Program-made: the position numbers and the translations under genes
Shown: one piece after another, positions 18,339-29,404 of the stretch
Numbering within the stretch: position 1 is the stretch's first letter
Layout of the letters: every line of letters starts with the position of its first letter
Assembly (NCBI GenBank): GCA_046583315.1
Contig: JAYGCN010000090.1
Coordinates: 1-38,421, forward strand
Direction: 5' to 3'
DNA: 38,421 nt
DNA from: Candidatus Hydrogenedentota bacterium
GTDB lineage: Bacteria > Hydrogenedentota > Hydrogenedentia > Hydrogenedentales > GCA-2746185
The notes under the pieces: generated by a model
Seen by the model: the letters and a program-made list of their open reading frames with translations, nothing else
Databases searched by the model: none
Told to the model about the DNA's origin: nothing

Positions 18339-19700
18339 ATGGAATTACAAAACCAAAAAGTGACGATTATCGGCATGGGGAGGACGTCCCTGGCTTTGTC
18401 ACGCCTTGTGTTGCACCACGGTGGGAATCCATTTATCTCGGAGCGCCGTAGACGCGAGGAGTGCAGTGATTTTTGTCGGGAGCTGGACGCGCTTGGCATC
18501 GCCTATGAATGTGGGGGGCATAGCGATGTAGCACTATCCGACGCAGCATTGTTGATACCAAGTCCTGGTGTGCCATACGAGCATTACTTGTGCACGATCG
18601 CTCGCGATAAAAATATTCCTGTATTCAGTGAACTTGAATTGGCGAGTCGATTCGTTTCCTCCACGGTCATCGCGGTGACAGGGACCAACGGGAAAACGAC
18701 GACCACGGAGCTGATAGCGCATTTGCTACCAAGTATCGGAAAATCCGTTGCGCTCGCGGGCAATAACGACATGCCGTGTTCTGAAGTGGCATTGTTGGAG
18801 TCGCAACCAAAATACCTTGTGCTTGAAGTCAGCAGTTACCAACTTGAAGGCACCCAAACGTTTCGCCCCGACATTGCTGTCGTGCTGAATTTGAGCAACG
18901 ACCATTTGGGTCGCCATAAAACGATGGAAAACTATGCGGCGGTCAAGGCGCGGCTACTCCAGTATCAGACAGCCGAGGATGTTGCGATTTTGAATGCGGA
19001 TGATTCCGTCGTCTTGGCGATGGCAGAGAATGTGTCTGCATCGATCCTAACCTTTGGCGCGTCATCGGAGTGTGCGGTTGCCATTGTAGATGATACGCTA
19101 CGCGTGAACGGAGTAGAGATGGCACATCGAAGCGATTCTCCCTTGCCGGGTAGACACAATTCGGAAAATATCTTGGCGGCAGTGGCGGTGCTGTCGGTCG
19201 TGGGCGTCGAAAAGGATGCTCTGCAACGCGGGTTGGGCTCTTTTCGGGGGGTCGAGCACCGCATCGAAGCTGTCCGGGAATTAGACGGAATCGCGTTTTA
19301 CAATGATTCGAAGGCGACCAATTTGGACAGCCTTCGGGTAGCACTTGAGAGTTTTGACAGGCCAATTGTGTTAATTGTGGGCGGAGAAGGTAAGGGCAGT
19401 GATTATGCTTCGTTGGGTGCGCTGATACATTCCCGCGTCTCATGCGTGGTGGCGATCGGTACAGATGCGCCATTGATCGATGAAGCCTGGTCGCCGACGG
19501 TTCCGGTATTTCGCGCCAGATCGATGAATGACGCAGTGGTTTGTGCGCACGAACAGGCAAACACAGGTGACACCGTGCTTTTATCGCCGGCGTGTGCGAG
19601 TTTTGATATGTATGCGAATTTTGAAGAACGCGGCAAGGATTTTAAGCGATGTGTCACCGCCCTCACCCCGACACGAACCGTGCATGGAGCCAACTCATGA
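18339..19700 (+). CDS. murD: UDP-MurNAc-L-Ala--D-Glu ligase
   Basis: SPGVP, AVTGTNGKTTT, LEVSSYQL, DHLGRH, YNDSKATN and LLSPACASFDMYANFEERG. Confidence 0.96.
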   Translation: MELQNQKVTIIGMGRTSLALSRLVLHHGGNPFISERRRREECSDFCRELDALGIAYECGGHSDVALSDAALLIPSPGVPYEHYLCTIARDKNIPVFSELELASRFVSSTVIAVTGTNGKTTTTELIAHLLPSIGKSVALAGNNDMPCSEVALLESQPKYLVLEVSSYQLEGTQTFRPDIAVVLNLSNDHLGRHKTMENYAAVKARLLQYQTAEDVAILNADDSVVLAMAENVSASILTFGASSECAVAIVDDTLRVNGVEMAHRSDSPLPGRHNSENILAAVAVLSVVGVEKDALQRGLGSFRGVEHRIEAVRELDGIAFYNDSKATNLDSLRVALESFDRPIVLIVGGEGKGSDYASLGALIHSRVSCVVAIGTDAPLIDEAWSPTVPVFRARSMNDAVVCAHEQANTGDTVLLSPACASFDMYANFEERGKDFKRCVTALTPTRTVHGANS

Positions 19701-20812
19701 GAAGAGAATCGATTGCCCTGCTGAGTATTATCATGGCCCTGGTGTTTGTCGGAATCTATTCGGTTTATAGTGCGCTCGCCGTGCAGCCTTACGGGGAAGA
19801 GAGAATACTTCGACACTACCAGATGCTGGGCGTCGGATTGATGCTTCTGTATATGGGTACTCGGGTTGACTACCATATTCTCAAGAATCGAATCGTATTC
19901 AGGGCCATTGTGTGTACATCAATCGCATTGCTGATTCTCGTTCTTATTCCGGGGATTGGGGTGGAGCTGAACGGGGCGCGTCGATGGATTGAATTGGGCG
20001 GCTTCCGCTTTCAACCATCGGAAATGGCAAAATTTGCATTGATTCTTCTGTTGGCAGTGAAATTATCGACGAATCAGGAAGAGATTGGTACGCTGAACAA
20101 AGGGTACCTGCCGGCCATGATTATCATGATCGTGTTTGCCGCGTTGACCCTTCTCGAGAACGATTTGGGCACGCCGGTGGTATTGTGTGTTACGGCTTTC
20201 TTCATGTTTTTTGTTGCGGGAATTCGCTGGTATTATCTGGCACCGTCGCTCATTCCCGCAGCGGCGGCCGTGTGGGTTCTTATCAAAACGAGTGAGTATC
20301 GCGCCGGAAAGATAACAGCCTTTCTCGATCCCTGGGGAAACGCGAGCGATACCGGTTTTCAGCTTATTCAATCAATGACCGCCTTCGTGAAAGGGGGTGT
20401 TTGGGGCATGGGTGCTGGCGCTGGTGAACAAAAGCTCAACTATATCCCGGAATCGGACACGGACTTCATTTTGACGGTGTGGGCCGAAGAGATGGGAATG
20501 GTCGCTACGCTTCTATTGGCCGGTTTGTTTACGGCATTTTTGCTGTTGGCGGTGCGCATCGCCAATCGCGCACCCGACTTGTTCGGCACCTTGCTCGCCT
20601 CGGGCATTGCCGGGCTCATCTCCTTCCAGGCGGCCTTTAACATGGCCGTAACCATTGGTTTACTTCCGACGAAGGGACTCCCGTTGCCGTTCATTAGCCG
20701 GGGCGGGACATCGCTAATGGTCTTTATGGCGATGGCGGGTGTGCTTATCAATATCGGCTTGCAGGCCGAGCCCGCAAAACGTAAGATGGTGCAACCAGTC
20801 TCCCAGACTTGA
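19697..20812 (+). CDS. ftsW: Peptidoglycan polymerase FtsW (SEDS family)
   Basis: NGARRWI, FQPSEMAK, TDFI, EEMG and LLPTKGLPLPFISRGGTS; ATGA overlap with murD. Confidence 0.95.
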   Translation: MRRESIALLSIIMALVFVGIYSVYSALAVQPYGEERILRHYQMLGVGLMLLYMGTRVDYHILKNRIVFRAIVCTSIALLILVLIPGIGVELNGARRWIELGGFRFQPSEMAKFALILLLAVKLSTNQEEIGTLNKGYLPAMIIMIVFAALTLLENDLGTPVVLCVTAFFMFFVAGIRWYYLAPSLIPAAAAVWVLIKTSEYRAGKITAFLDPWGNASDTGFQLIQSMTAFVKGGVWGMGAGAGEQKLNYIPESDTDFILTVWAEEMGMVATLLLAGLFTAFLLLAVRIANRAPDLFGTLLASGIAGLISFQAAFNMAVTIGLLPTKGLPLPFISRGGTSLMVFMAMAGVLINIGLQAEPAKRKMVQPVSQT

Positions 20813-20848
20813 TTCCAAAACCGACACGAAATCCGAAAGCCAATTCTT

Positions 20849-21970
20849 ATGCGGGTCATGATTACAGGCGGCGGCACGGGCGGACACACTTCGCCGGCGA
20901 TTGCCATTATTGAAGAGATCAAGAAAAGAGATCCGCGATTCGAGCTGCAATGGGTCGGTTGTGCTGGTGGGATTGAGGAACGCGTGTGTGCGGATCAGTC
21001 GATTCCCTTCCGAGCAGTCCCGGTGAAGGGTTGGCCACGGGGGAGTCGAATCAAGAAACTGTGGGCGGGTATGCATCTGGCGCGAGGTGTCATTCGATCC
21101 TATTTTCACTTACGAAAATTTAGTCCGCAGGTCGTTGTGGGCGTGGGCGGATACGTGTCTGTTCCGTTAATGTGGACGGCGCAGCGCATGGGAATTCCTA
21201 CCATTATTCATGAACAGAACAAGCAGCTGGGTATGGCCAACATCCTGCTCGCGAATGAAGCCTATCGAATTCTGCTGAGTTTTCCCGATACGAAAGGGAA
21301 GTATCCGGCCGAACGCGCTGAAGTGGTGGGTAATCCAGTGCGTGCAGGATTCGCAACTGCTCCGGACCGCTCGGAGGCCTGCGCAACGCTCGAGTTTGAT
21401 CCTTCGATTCCTGTGGTGCTGGTCTGTGGCGGCAGTCAAGGCGCGCAGTCCATTAATCGGGCGATTGGCCATGCGGTTGAACAGATGAAACCGGACGAGT
21501 TTCAATTGATGTGGATGACCGGGCCTTCGGATGTGGGTGAAGCGCGCGAGGCTGCGAACAAATCTGATGCGCTGGTGAATGTTTACGGGTACATCGATGA
21601 TATGGTCACTGCCTGCGCGTCCGCTCGATTGATTGTCAGCCGCTCGGGTGCGTCGACCACGGCGGAAATTGCACAAGTCGGTCGTGCTTCGCTCCTCATT
21701 CCTTATCCACATGCGACCGACAATCATCAAGAGAAGAACGCGCGGGCTTTTGAAGAGGCGGGTGCTGCGTTGGTTGTACTTGATGATGATTGCTGGGGCG
21801 ATGGTGGTAAAATCCTTTCGGAAATACGAAACCTTCTTGCAGATCCGGATACACTGGATGCCATGGAGGAGGCGGCGAAGAGCATGGCGCAACCGGTGGC
21901 TGTGGAACGCATCGTAGAGCATGTGTTTGAGGCTGCATTCGGTACAGAGGGGTTGAGCGAAAACGTCTGA
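20849..21970 (+). CDS. murG: Lipid II glycosyltransferase MurG
   Basis: GGGTGGH, GGYVS, IHEQN, GNPVR, GGSQGA, RSGAST and HQEKNA. Confidence 0.96.
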   Translation: MRVMITGGGTGGHTSPAIAIIEEIKKRDPRFELQWVGCAGGIEERVCADQSIPFRAVPVKGWPRGSRIKKLWAGMHLARGVIRSYFHLRKFSPQVVVGVGGYVSVPLMWTAQRMGIPTIIHEQNKQLGMANILLANEAYRILLSFPDTKGKYPAERAEVVGNPVRAGFATAPDRSEACATLEFDPSIPVVLVCGGSQGAQSINRAIGHAVEQMKPDEFQLMWMTGPSDVGEAREAANKSDALVNVYGYIDDMVTACASARLIVSRSGASTTAEIAQVGRASLLIPYPHATDNHQEKNARAFEEAGAALVVLDDDCWGDGGKILSEIRNLLADPDTLDAMEEAAKSMAQPVAVERIVEHVFEAAFGTEGLSENV

Positions 21971-21981
21971 GGGGTTGTCCA

Positions 21982-22494
21982 ATGAGTCCTGCGATCTCGA
22001 TTGTTGAGGGAGACATCACCGCGTTTTGCGTTGATGCCATCGTCAACGCTGCAAACGACACATTGCTCGGGGGCGGAGGAGTGGATGGCGCGATTCATCG
22101 AGCGGCGGGTCCTGCTTTACTTGAAGAATGTCGTCTGCTGGGTGGCTGCGCTACCGGGGATGCCAGGATTACGAATGGCGGCAACTTACCCGCGCAAAGG
22201 GTTATCCATACGGTCGGGCCGGTCTATACCGATGGGTCAAAGGGTGAAGCGCAGATCCTGGCCAGTTGTTATCGACGAAGTTTAGAGCTCGCGGTGGAAC
22301 ACGATGTATCGACGATTGCGTTTCCGGCCATCAGCTGCGGCGTGTACGGATATCCGGTTGGAGACGCGGCTGAAATCGCGTTGGCGGAGGTGAAGCGTTT
22401 CTTGAAGGCAGCCGACGCGGAGATTGCAGTCACCTTCGTCTTGTTTTCGGATGAGATACGTGTAGCCTTCGAAGGAGCTGACCGGCATACGTGA
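21982..22494 (+). CDS. Macro-domain protein (MacroD/YmdB-like ADP-ribose hydrolase)
   Basis: [34 protein letters not shown] and [12 protein letters not shown]. Confidence 0.93.
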   Translation: MSPAISIVEGDITAFCVDAIVNAANDTLLGGGGVDGAIHRAAGPALLEECRLLGGCATGDARITNGGNLPAQRVIHTVGPVYTDGSKGEAQILASCYRRSLELAVEHDVSTIAFPAISCGVYGYPVGDAAEIALAEVKRFLKAADAEIAVTFVLFSDEIRVAFEGADRHT

Positions 22495-22498
22495 CGAT

Positions 22499-23718
22499 TT
22501 AACGATATTTTTCCAGATCGTCTTCGTCTTCGTGACAAATGTCGTACCAGTCTTCCATAGTGGCTGGTCAGCTCGAGTTCATCGAGGTGTACGGTATCAA
22601 TACCTTGTGCGTCGACCACGACCGAATCGTCCTTGTCTTCGCAAAAATAGTTGGCCACGTGAACAGTGGTGAGGGCTGAAAATTCGTTTTGGGTACACAA
22701 CGAGGGGTCCGTATGGAACGTGATCGCTTCGACGATGGGATAGGGTAAGCCCCACAATTCGAGTAGCAATCCGCCAATTTCGGCGTGCGTTGCTCCGATA
22801 ATGTCACGTTCTTTTTCAACCAGAGGAACCCCCTCATCAATGGATTCCTGGATGGCCCGGCTGAACTCTTCGGGTTTGCGCATGGCGAGAATGATCTGCC
22901 CGATATCGTGTAGCAGCCCGGCAGTAAAGCTATCCTCGGGAATTTTGCGATCACTGGTCTCGCTTTCGGCAATGGTCCTCGCGTATTTCGCGACTTGAAG
23001 ACAATGATGCCATAAAACTTCCAGGTCGAAATTCTCGGGCATCGCATTTTCGTCTGCAGACTGAAAGACTTCGGCCATCAGCACCAGATTTCGAATGTTT
23101 TCGAGTCCCAAGGCTTTGACCGCCTGCCCGACATTGGTGACACGTTGAGACAAACCCAATTCTGAGGTGTTCATGATCGGCAATATTTTCGAAGAGAGGC
23201 CAGCATCGGTCTCGATCAAATCAGCGGTCGCCTGAACAGAAACAGGATCCTTTTGCATCTCTTTCATCACTTGTTTGTAGACCACGGGAACGGAAGGAAC
23301 CCCGGTGACGTCCATGAGGATGTCCTGCACACGCTTATCGCTCAATTGGTCACGCAGTTCAAAAGCTCTGATGATCAAGCCCAGCAGGTGATGGGGATCG
23401 CAGGGTTTGAGTAAAAATCGATGAACAATGGCGGAAGTCTTGATCATGCTACTCGCACCCGGAGAGCCGGAGAGCGCAAAGCGGATGGTCTGCGGATATT
23501 TCTCCATAACGGCGACCAATAGTTCATGCCCGTGCATACCCGGCATGTGCATGTCGGATATGATGATGCGCGAAAGCGCCTTGTTCCTCCAGCACCGCCA
23601 GGGCTTCTTCACCACTTGAGCAGAAGACCATTTCCCATTCGTTACGCATGGGTCGTAGCATGCGCTTCATGGCTTGTCCAATGTTCACATCGTCATCGAC
23701 AAAAATTACACGTTTCAT
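22499..23718 (-). pseudogene. REC-HDOD response regulator with two +1 frameshifts (405 aa if restored)
   Basis: MKRVIFVDDD...QGAF shifts to IIISDMHMPGM at 23568-23571. HDOD motifs LWHHC, AGLLHDIG, HAEIGGLLLELWGLP. A second shift near 22559 gives the natural-looking end MEDWYDICHEDEDDLEKYR-TAA (22499-22501). Confidence 0.85.
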
Positions 23719-23735
23719 GAGTGTCTCTACCTATG

Positions 23736-24863
23736 CTATTCCGAGTATTCCTGGCGTACGGATTCGAATTGGTGCGTGATGGTTTCAAAGGCTTCAAAGG
23801 CGCGAGGTGCGAAGTGTTTCCCGACTCCTTGGCGCATTAACTCCATGGTTTTATCAAACGTAAATGCTTTTTTGTAGGGACGTGTCGAGCGCAAGGCATC
23901 GAAGACGTCGGCAATGGCGACAATTTGACCGGAAACGGGGATGTCTTCACCGACGAGCGCATTGGGGTAGCCGCTACCATCCCATTTTTCATGATGTGTC
24001 ATCGCAATTTCTTTGGCCATTGTGCGAATTCCGTCACGTTCTTCGACTTCCGGAACCGGTGAATCCATACCGGGTAGTTCCAGAAAACGGTCGATTCCTT
24101 TTGGGGCCTCTTCGAGGATGGTCGCACCAATGGCGCAGTGGGATTCCATTATAGTACGCTCTTCGGGCGTCAGTTTTCCCGGTTTTAAGAGGATGTTGTC
24201 CGGAATGCCTATTTTCCCAACATCGTGCAACGGACTCGTCAGGAATATCATCTGTATATCGGCTTCGGACATTTCCAGTGCTTGCGCCAGTAGTTTGCTG
24301 CACAAGGCAACCCTTATGACGTGGTCGCCCGTTTCTTCGTCGCGATATTCACCGGCTTTTGCCAGTCGCCACACGATGTCTCTGCGGGCGCGTTCGAGGT
24401 CAGCGGTGCGTTCGAGAACTCTTTCTTCCAAGATCTCATTCTGGTTTTGAAGTTCGTCGCGATACGCTTTGAGGCGCAGGGTGCTATTAAGGCGTGCGAC
24501 CAGATCCTCTTCGGCGACAGGTTTGTTGAGGAGGTCGGTGGTCCCGAGATCCAGCGCACGTCGTTTCAGGTCTGCTTCGGCATTACCCGTCAAAATAATG
24601 ACAGGGGTTGTTTCAAATACATTGAGTTCGCTGAGCTCAGTAAGCAAACCCAGACCGCTCTTCACAGGCATACTCACGTCTGAAACAATTGTGTCGTAGG
24701 TTTTTTGTTTTACCAGTGCGACAGCCTCATCCACTCCGCCAGCAAAATGTAAATCCCATTCGTCGCGGTAGGGACGAAGCATACGCTTTATCCCGCTCAA
24801 AAAGTTAGGTTCATCGTCGACGAACAGCACTTGTTTGTTCATGTCTTTCGTGGGGTCCTTCAT
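23736..24863 (-). CDS. REC-HD-GYP response regulator (RpfG-like, putative c-di-GMP phosphodiesterase)
   Basis: VLFVDDE, SDVSMP, EYRDEETGDHVIRV, PLHDVGKIGIPD, HHEKWDGSGYP and ADVFDALRSTRPYK; ATGA overlap with the kinase stop. Confidence 0.93.
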   Translation of the reverse strand: MKDPTKDMNKQVLFVDDEPNFLSGIKRMLRPYRDEWDLHFAGGVDEAVALVKQKTYDTIVSDVSMPVKSGLGLLTELSELNVFETTPVIILTGNAEADLKRRALDLGTTDLLNKPVAEEDLVARLNSTLRLKAYRDELQNQNEILEERVLERTADLERARRDIVWRLAKAGEYRDEETGDHVIRVALCSKLLAQALEMSEADIQMIFLTSPLHDVGKIGIPDNILLKPGKLTPEERTIMESHCAIGATILEEAPKGIDRFLELPGMDSPVPEVEERDGIRTMAKEIAMTHHEKWDGSGYPNALVGEDIPVSGQIVAIADVFDALRSTRPYKKAFTFDKTMELMRQGVGKHFAPRAFEAFETITHQFESVRQEYSE

Positions 24864-27790
24864 CCTGCCGCGTCCAGTTCTATCGCCTCGAGCGGAATAC
24901 GAATGATGAAGGTCGTTCCCTCGCCTACCGTTGATTCCAGATCGATGGTTCCCTGATGTTTTTCTACGATCACACTATGGGCCATCGAGAGACCCTGTCC
25001 CGTACCTTTTCCGATTGCCTTGGTGGTGAAGAGGGGGTCGAAAATCTTCACCCGGTTTTTTTCGGGAATGCCGCATCCCGTATCGCTGATGCGTACTTCG
25101 ATCCATCCCTTGTCTTCGCGTGTCGATACCCGGATGACGCCTTTTCCCTTGTCGCCGCCATCGACGACCTCGCTGATGGCATGGGCGGCGTTCACGAACA
25201 TGTTAAGGATCACTTGATTAAATGAACCGGGGAAGCACGGGGTGAGTGGAAGGTCTGACTCAAGATCGGTTTCGATTTCCGCAACGTATTTCCATTCGTT
25301 TCGCGCCACTGATATGGTATTCTGAATCGTATGATTCACGTCGATGGCGGTCAGTTCTTCGTTTCCGGGGTGTGCAAACTCCTTCATAGCCCGCACGATT
25401 TCGGCGACGCGGCTGTTGCCTTCGAGTGATTGGCTGATGGCAATGGGCAACTCCTCTTCCAAGTATTCGAGATCAATCTCCTCAATATAGGCGCGTATTT
25501 CATCGCGTTTCGCCGATGCTTCTTCCGCGTCGAGTGTGGGTTCCAGTATGACCCGAACTTTTTTGAGCAATTCGCTGATATCGGAGAAGGAATCTCTGAA
25601 AAATCGAATGTTGCCGCCCACATATTGGGTCGGGGTATTGATTTCATGTGCGATACCGGATGCCAATTCGCCAATCGCTTCCATTTTCTGCGCCTGGCGA
25701 AGTTGGGATTCCATGGCGGCCTCTTTGGATACGTCGCGAAACACGTAGACCACATTCATCACGTTGCCGGAAGCATCTTTGACTGGAGAGATGGTGGTCT
25801 CTGCCTGGTATTCGGTGCCGTCATTTTTACGATGGGTTGAGCGCCCTTTCCATACTTTTCCCTGATAGGCGACATCCAGCATATCTTGAATCGATTTCTC
25901 GTCGATATTCTCGCCATACATGGAGGAGGCGTTGCTTCCGATGATGGCATCGCGACTGTACCCGTTGAGTTCGAGAAAGGCAGGGTTTACGTAGAGAATG
26001 ATTCCGTTCGTGTCGGTGACGAGAATGGACTCGGCCGCTTGCTCGATGGCCGTGGTGAGGCGCACTCTTTCGACATCTTCACGTTTTCGTGCACGAATAT
26101 CACGTATCACCGCATAGAGAACCTCGGCCCCCTCGTAGGGGATGAGCGTCAGCAGGACATCAATCCATACCGTCTCCTGGTTTGAAGTCAGGATGACCCA
26201 TTCAAAGGAGGCCAGGCCCGTTTCATATGCACTCTTGACATGCAGAGCCCAACTTGCCTTGGAATCCTGCCCATCCGGTTGGAATTGCGGAGAGAGCTGA
26301 TCCATACGTTGCTGGATAAGTCCATCACGATCGCTCGATTGTAGAAGGGTCAGGGCTGCTTGGTTGCAATCGCGCCAAGTATCGTTGTCCAGCAGCACGA
26401 TAGCGTCTGGCGATTGATCGAACAGCGCTCTGAATTTGCCCTCACTTTCTTCAAGGGAGAGTTGGGCTTCGCGTCGTCGTGACACTTCTTTTTCGAGTTC
26501 ATCAGATTGATTTTGGATCTTGGTTTTCCCGTCTTCAAGGGATTGAACCAGTTCCTGAAATGAATATGCGAGCTCGCCTATTTCGTCTTTGCCGGGATTT
26601 GGGATAACGAATTCACGGTGATCGGCATAGTCCCTCGTCGCTTTTTCGAGTCCGATGATTCGATTGAGGAAGAGTCGCTGAAAGGCATCCCGAATCATGA
26701 GCATAAGAATTATCGCCAAGACGATTGCCGCCACGAATGATTTCCATCGAAGTGAAGCCAGATAGGTCTCGATAGGGTTGGTACTCATATAGGAGATGAA
26801 TACCCAGTCATTGATGTCGATGGGATCCACATACCCGTAGTAGTCTATCCCGTCCATCGTGAATTCGATGAACTATGAAGGATTCGTTGCGTCGGAGATT
26901 TCTTCAATTGCTCGCAAAATTGTGGCTGTACTCGATTCGTCCTTCATGTTCATGGACAGCGATTCAATGTCGGTAGGGTTTCGTGATTCGAGTCGCTCCA
27001 TTAGAGGAGGATGGATCACGATTTCACGCTGGTTGTTGATCAACAGAGCGTGACTCTGGCTCCCGACGACGGAGTAGGAACGAATATTCGATATAATGCC
27101 TTCCATGATACTGTCGGCAGTAATTCTTCCGATAACATTGCCCTCGCGAAGTAAGGGGACGGTAAGCGTGCTAACCCTGACGGAACGATCCGGATGATAA
27201 CGAATAGGGCCCCACGAGTAGCGTTCGATCTTGTCATTGGACGCTTCGAATTGCCCAGGGGATAGCTGAGGGCTATTTGCGCGCGCGTACACTCTGGATA
27301 TGGGGGAGCCAATATAGAATTCTCCGTCCACTTCAATTTCGAAGTTGAGAAAATTCGGTGGGAAGCGAGGCGCAAGTTCGTCCAGAACGGATGCGACATG
27401 CTCAATGCGCGTCGTCATCGCTTCATCCAGTGTGGCCGTATCGGAAAGAATATATCCCGCGTCGTACGCATTCCACAGACCGAATCGGTTTCCCGTATCC
27501 GAAACGTGCAAACGCGGAACATCTTCGGGCGCATTCTTCATTGACGCATCATATTCAGCAATAAACTTTTCGGCCAGAAGCATGCCCAGATCAGAGCGTT
27601 CATTCATCGATCGGATAAGATCGAAATTATGTTGTTTACTACGCAAGATCAACTGCTGTTTGGTATCCTCCACCATTCGATCCTGTTCGGTGAGCAAGAT
27701 CAGCTGGGAACTCAGCACGGAGGCTCCCACGCAGATGAGCAGGGTCATGACGAAAAGTTACCCCTCAACTTTTTCCGGCAATATAGTCAT
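24860..27790 (-). pseudogene. Sensor histidine kinase (TM-Cache-like-TM-HAMP-PAS-PAS-HisKA-HATPase) interrupted by two in-frame stops
   Basis: One continuous frame from ATG 27790 (AGGGGG SD): MTILPEKVEG*LFVMTLL (TAA 27758-27760) ... ATNPS*FIEFTMDG (TAG 26873-26875) ... [39 protein letters not shown]. Confidence 0.88.
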
Positions 27791-27943
27791 GTCGGCGCGC
27801 GATCCCCCTAACACTGGATATGGTATCTTTCCCACAATAACTATACCTGAAATTCTAGACAATCGAAAGCCTTTTTGGCATATTTTTTGGATATTCCGAC
27901 CTTTGTAGAGCCTGTTCGCGCTCCATTTTGAGAAAAGGAAATG

Positions 27944-27952
27944 TGATATACT
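27944..27952 (+). promoter_or_regulatory. Putative extended -10 promoter (TGaTATACT)
   Basis: TGATATACT followed by GAGGAG SD (27961-27966) and ATG 27978. Confidence 0.5.
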
Positions 27953-27977
27953 CCGATCAAGAGGAGTTTTCCGCCAG

Positions 27978-28358
27978 ATGAGTGTTGAACGGCCGCCAGA
28001 ACCCGACTATCGGACGACCTTTCCGAGGCTATTCGTGCGCAGTGCGCTTCGGTGTATCGCGGAACTGCCTATCAGCTTCTATCTGATTCTGGCCATCATA
28101 ATTGTGCTTCTTCTGGGCCTCAAAGGTTTTCGTGATTTAAACGATCCTCGACAGATTGCGTTTACGGTTACATTGTTCGTTATATTCTTTGGCACGATTA
28201 CCTATCGTGCGCTAGTAGATGCTTTTGAAATAGCCCGAAAGTATCTTCGAGAGCGGGACGATTTGATGATGTCGATTTTCAGGAGCGAGGATACCTCCGC
28301 GACACAACGCAATCGTATCCCTCAGGCTGACGAACCCTTCGATCCGCTTGAATTCTGA
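27978..28358 (+). CDS. Hypothetical membrane protein with two TM segments
   Basis: 126 aa, strong SD, two hydrophobic stretches; likely co-transcribed with waaF. Confidence 0.7.
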   Translation: MSVERPPEPDYRTTFPRLFVRSALRCIAELPISFYLILAIIIVLLLGLKGFRDLNDPRQIAFTVTLFVIFFGTITYRALVDAFEIARKYLRERDDLMMSIFRSEDTSATQRNRIPQADEPFDPLEF

Positions 28359-28381
28359 TTTCGTGTTTTTTGTTTCCCTTC

Positions 28382-29395
28382 ATGACCGATAACCCCATCT
28401 ATATTGCGGTGTATATCCCCAACTGGCTTGGCGATGTGGCCATGTGTACGCCTGCATTACGAACCCTGCATGCACGATATCCGGATTCAGAAATGGCCGT
28501 GATCGGGCGAGGCGCAGCGTGCAGTCTTCTAAAAGGGTTACCCTTCATTAAACGATTCATCACGATTCCGGAGCGCCCGGGATTTATTGCGATGATGGCG
28601 TTGGGCAGACAGATTAGACCTTACGCGCGCGATCTGGCCGTCGTGTTCCCACATTCGTTTCGTGCTGCGTTTCTGGCCCGGGTCGCGGGCAGTAAACGGA
28701 TTGTCGGATACGACCGGGGTAACCGAAAATGGTTGTTCACGGACACCGTCGAGCCGTATCGTGAAGGCGGGAAAATCAGCCCCGTCTACATGACCTGGGA
28801 GTATCTGGATTTATTGGCACCGCTGGATACGAACTACGACGGGTTTGGATTGGAATTACGCGCGGACGAGCGCGCTGTAGCGGGCATTCGGGAGCACATT
28901 GTCGGCGGTGGACCGTTGATTGGATTCGCTCCCGGAGCCGCGTTCGGGCCAAGCAAACAGTGGCCCGTGGAACGTTTCGCTACGGTGGCGGACAAATTGT
29001 ACGAAGAAGTTGGCGCGCGCTGCGTATTGCTCACGGGACCGGGTGAGGAGGAGACACGAGCGGCGTTTCTCGAACTGACACATCACCCGGTAATTATTTG
29101 TGACGAAGGAAATCCTACTGTGGACACCTTGAAAGCGTCCATTTCCGTATTGGATTTGTTGGTGTGCAACGATTCCGGGCCTCGCCATGTCGCCATCGCC
29201 TTCAACGTACCGACGGTGTGCATTATGGGGTCAACACGGCCGGTTTATTCAGAAGGTCCATATGAAAAAGGAGAGGTCGTTCGGATTGATGTCGATTGTG
29301 GTCCCTGCCAGAAACCGATATGCACCACGGACCACCGCTGCATGACGGGCGTGGAGCCGCAACGTGTGGTCGAAGCCGTGTTGCATCACCTTTGA
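28382..29395 (+). CDS. waaF: LPS heptosyltransferase II (GT9)
   Basis: PNWLGDVAMCTPAL, FPHSFRAA, APGAAFGPSKQWP, NDSGPRHVA and CGPCQKPIC...HRCM. Confidence 0.85.
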   Translation: MTDNPIYIAVYIPNWLGDVAMCTPALRTLHARYPDSEMAVIGRGAACSLLKGLPFIKRFITIPERPGFIAMMALGRQIRPYARDLAVVFPHSFRAAFLARVAGSKRIVGYDRGNRKWLFTDTVEPYREGGKISPVYMTWEYLDLLAPLDTNYDGFGLELRADERAVAGIREHIVGGGPLIGFAPGAAFGPSKQWPVERFATVADKLYEEVGARCVLLTGPGEEETRAAFLELTHHPVIICDEGNPTVDTLKASISVLDLLVCNDSGPRHVAIAFNVPTVCIMGSTRPVYSEGPYEKGEVVRIDVDCGPCQKPICTTDHRCMTGVEPQRVVEAVLHHL

Positions 29396-29404
29396 AGCGG
29401 CGGC

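Noticed and set aside
21703..21711. Perfect DnaA box TTATCCACA
   Set aside because: Single copy inside the murG coding sequence (PYPH), with no cluster and no oriC context
22269..22498. C-terminal extension of the 448-aa HDOD ORF overlapping the macrodomain gene
   Set aside because: It arises from the frameshift near 22559; the alternative frame gives a natural C-terminus with no overlap
24860..27790. Stop-codon recoding or pyrrolysine as the explanation for the in-frame TAG and TAA
   Set aside because: TAG ends greA and rsmH and TAA ends infA and mraZ at their normal lengths. Two different stop codons are involved, and no pyl genes are present in the window.
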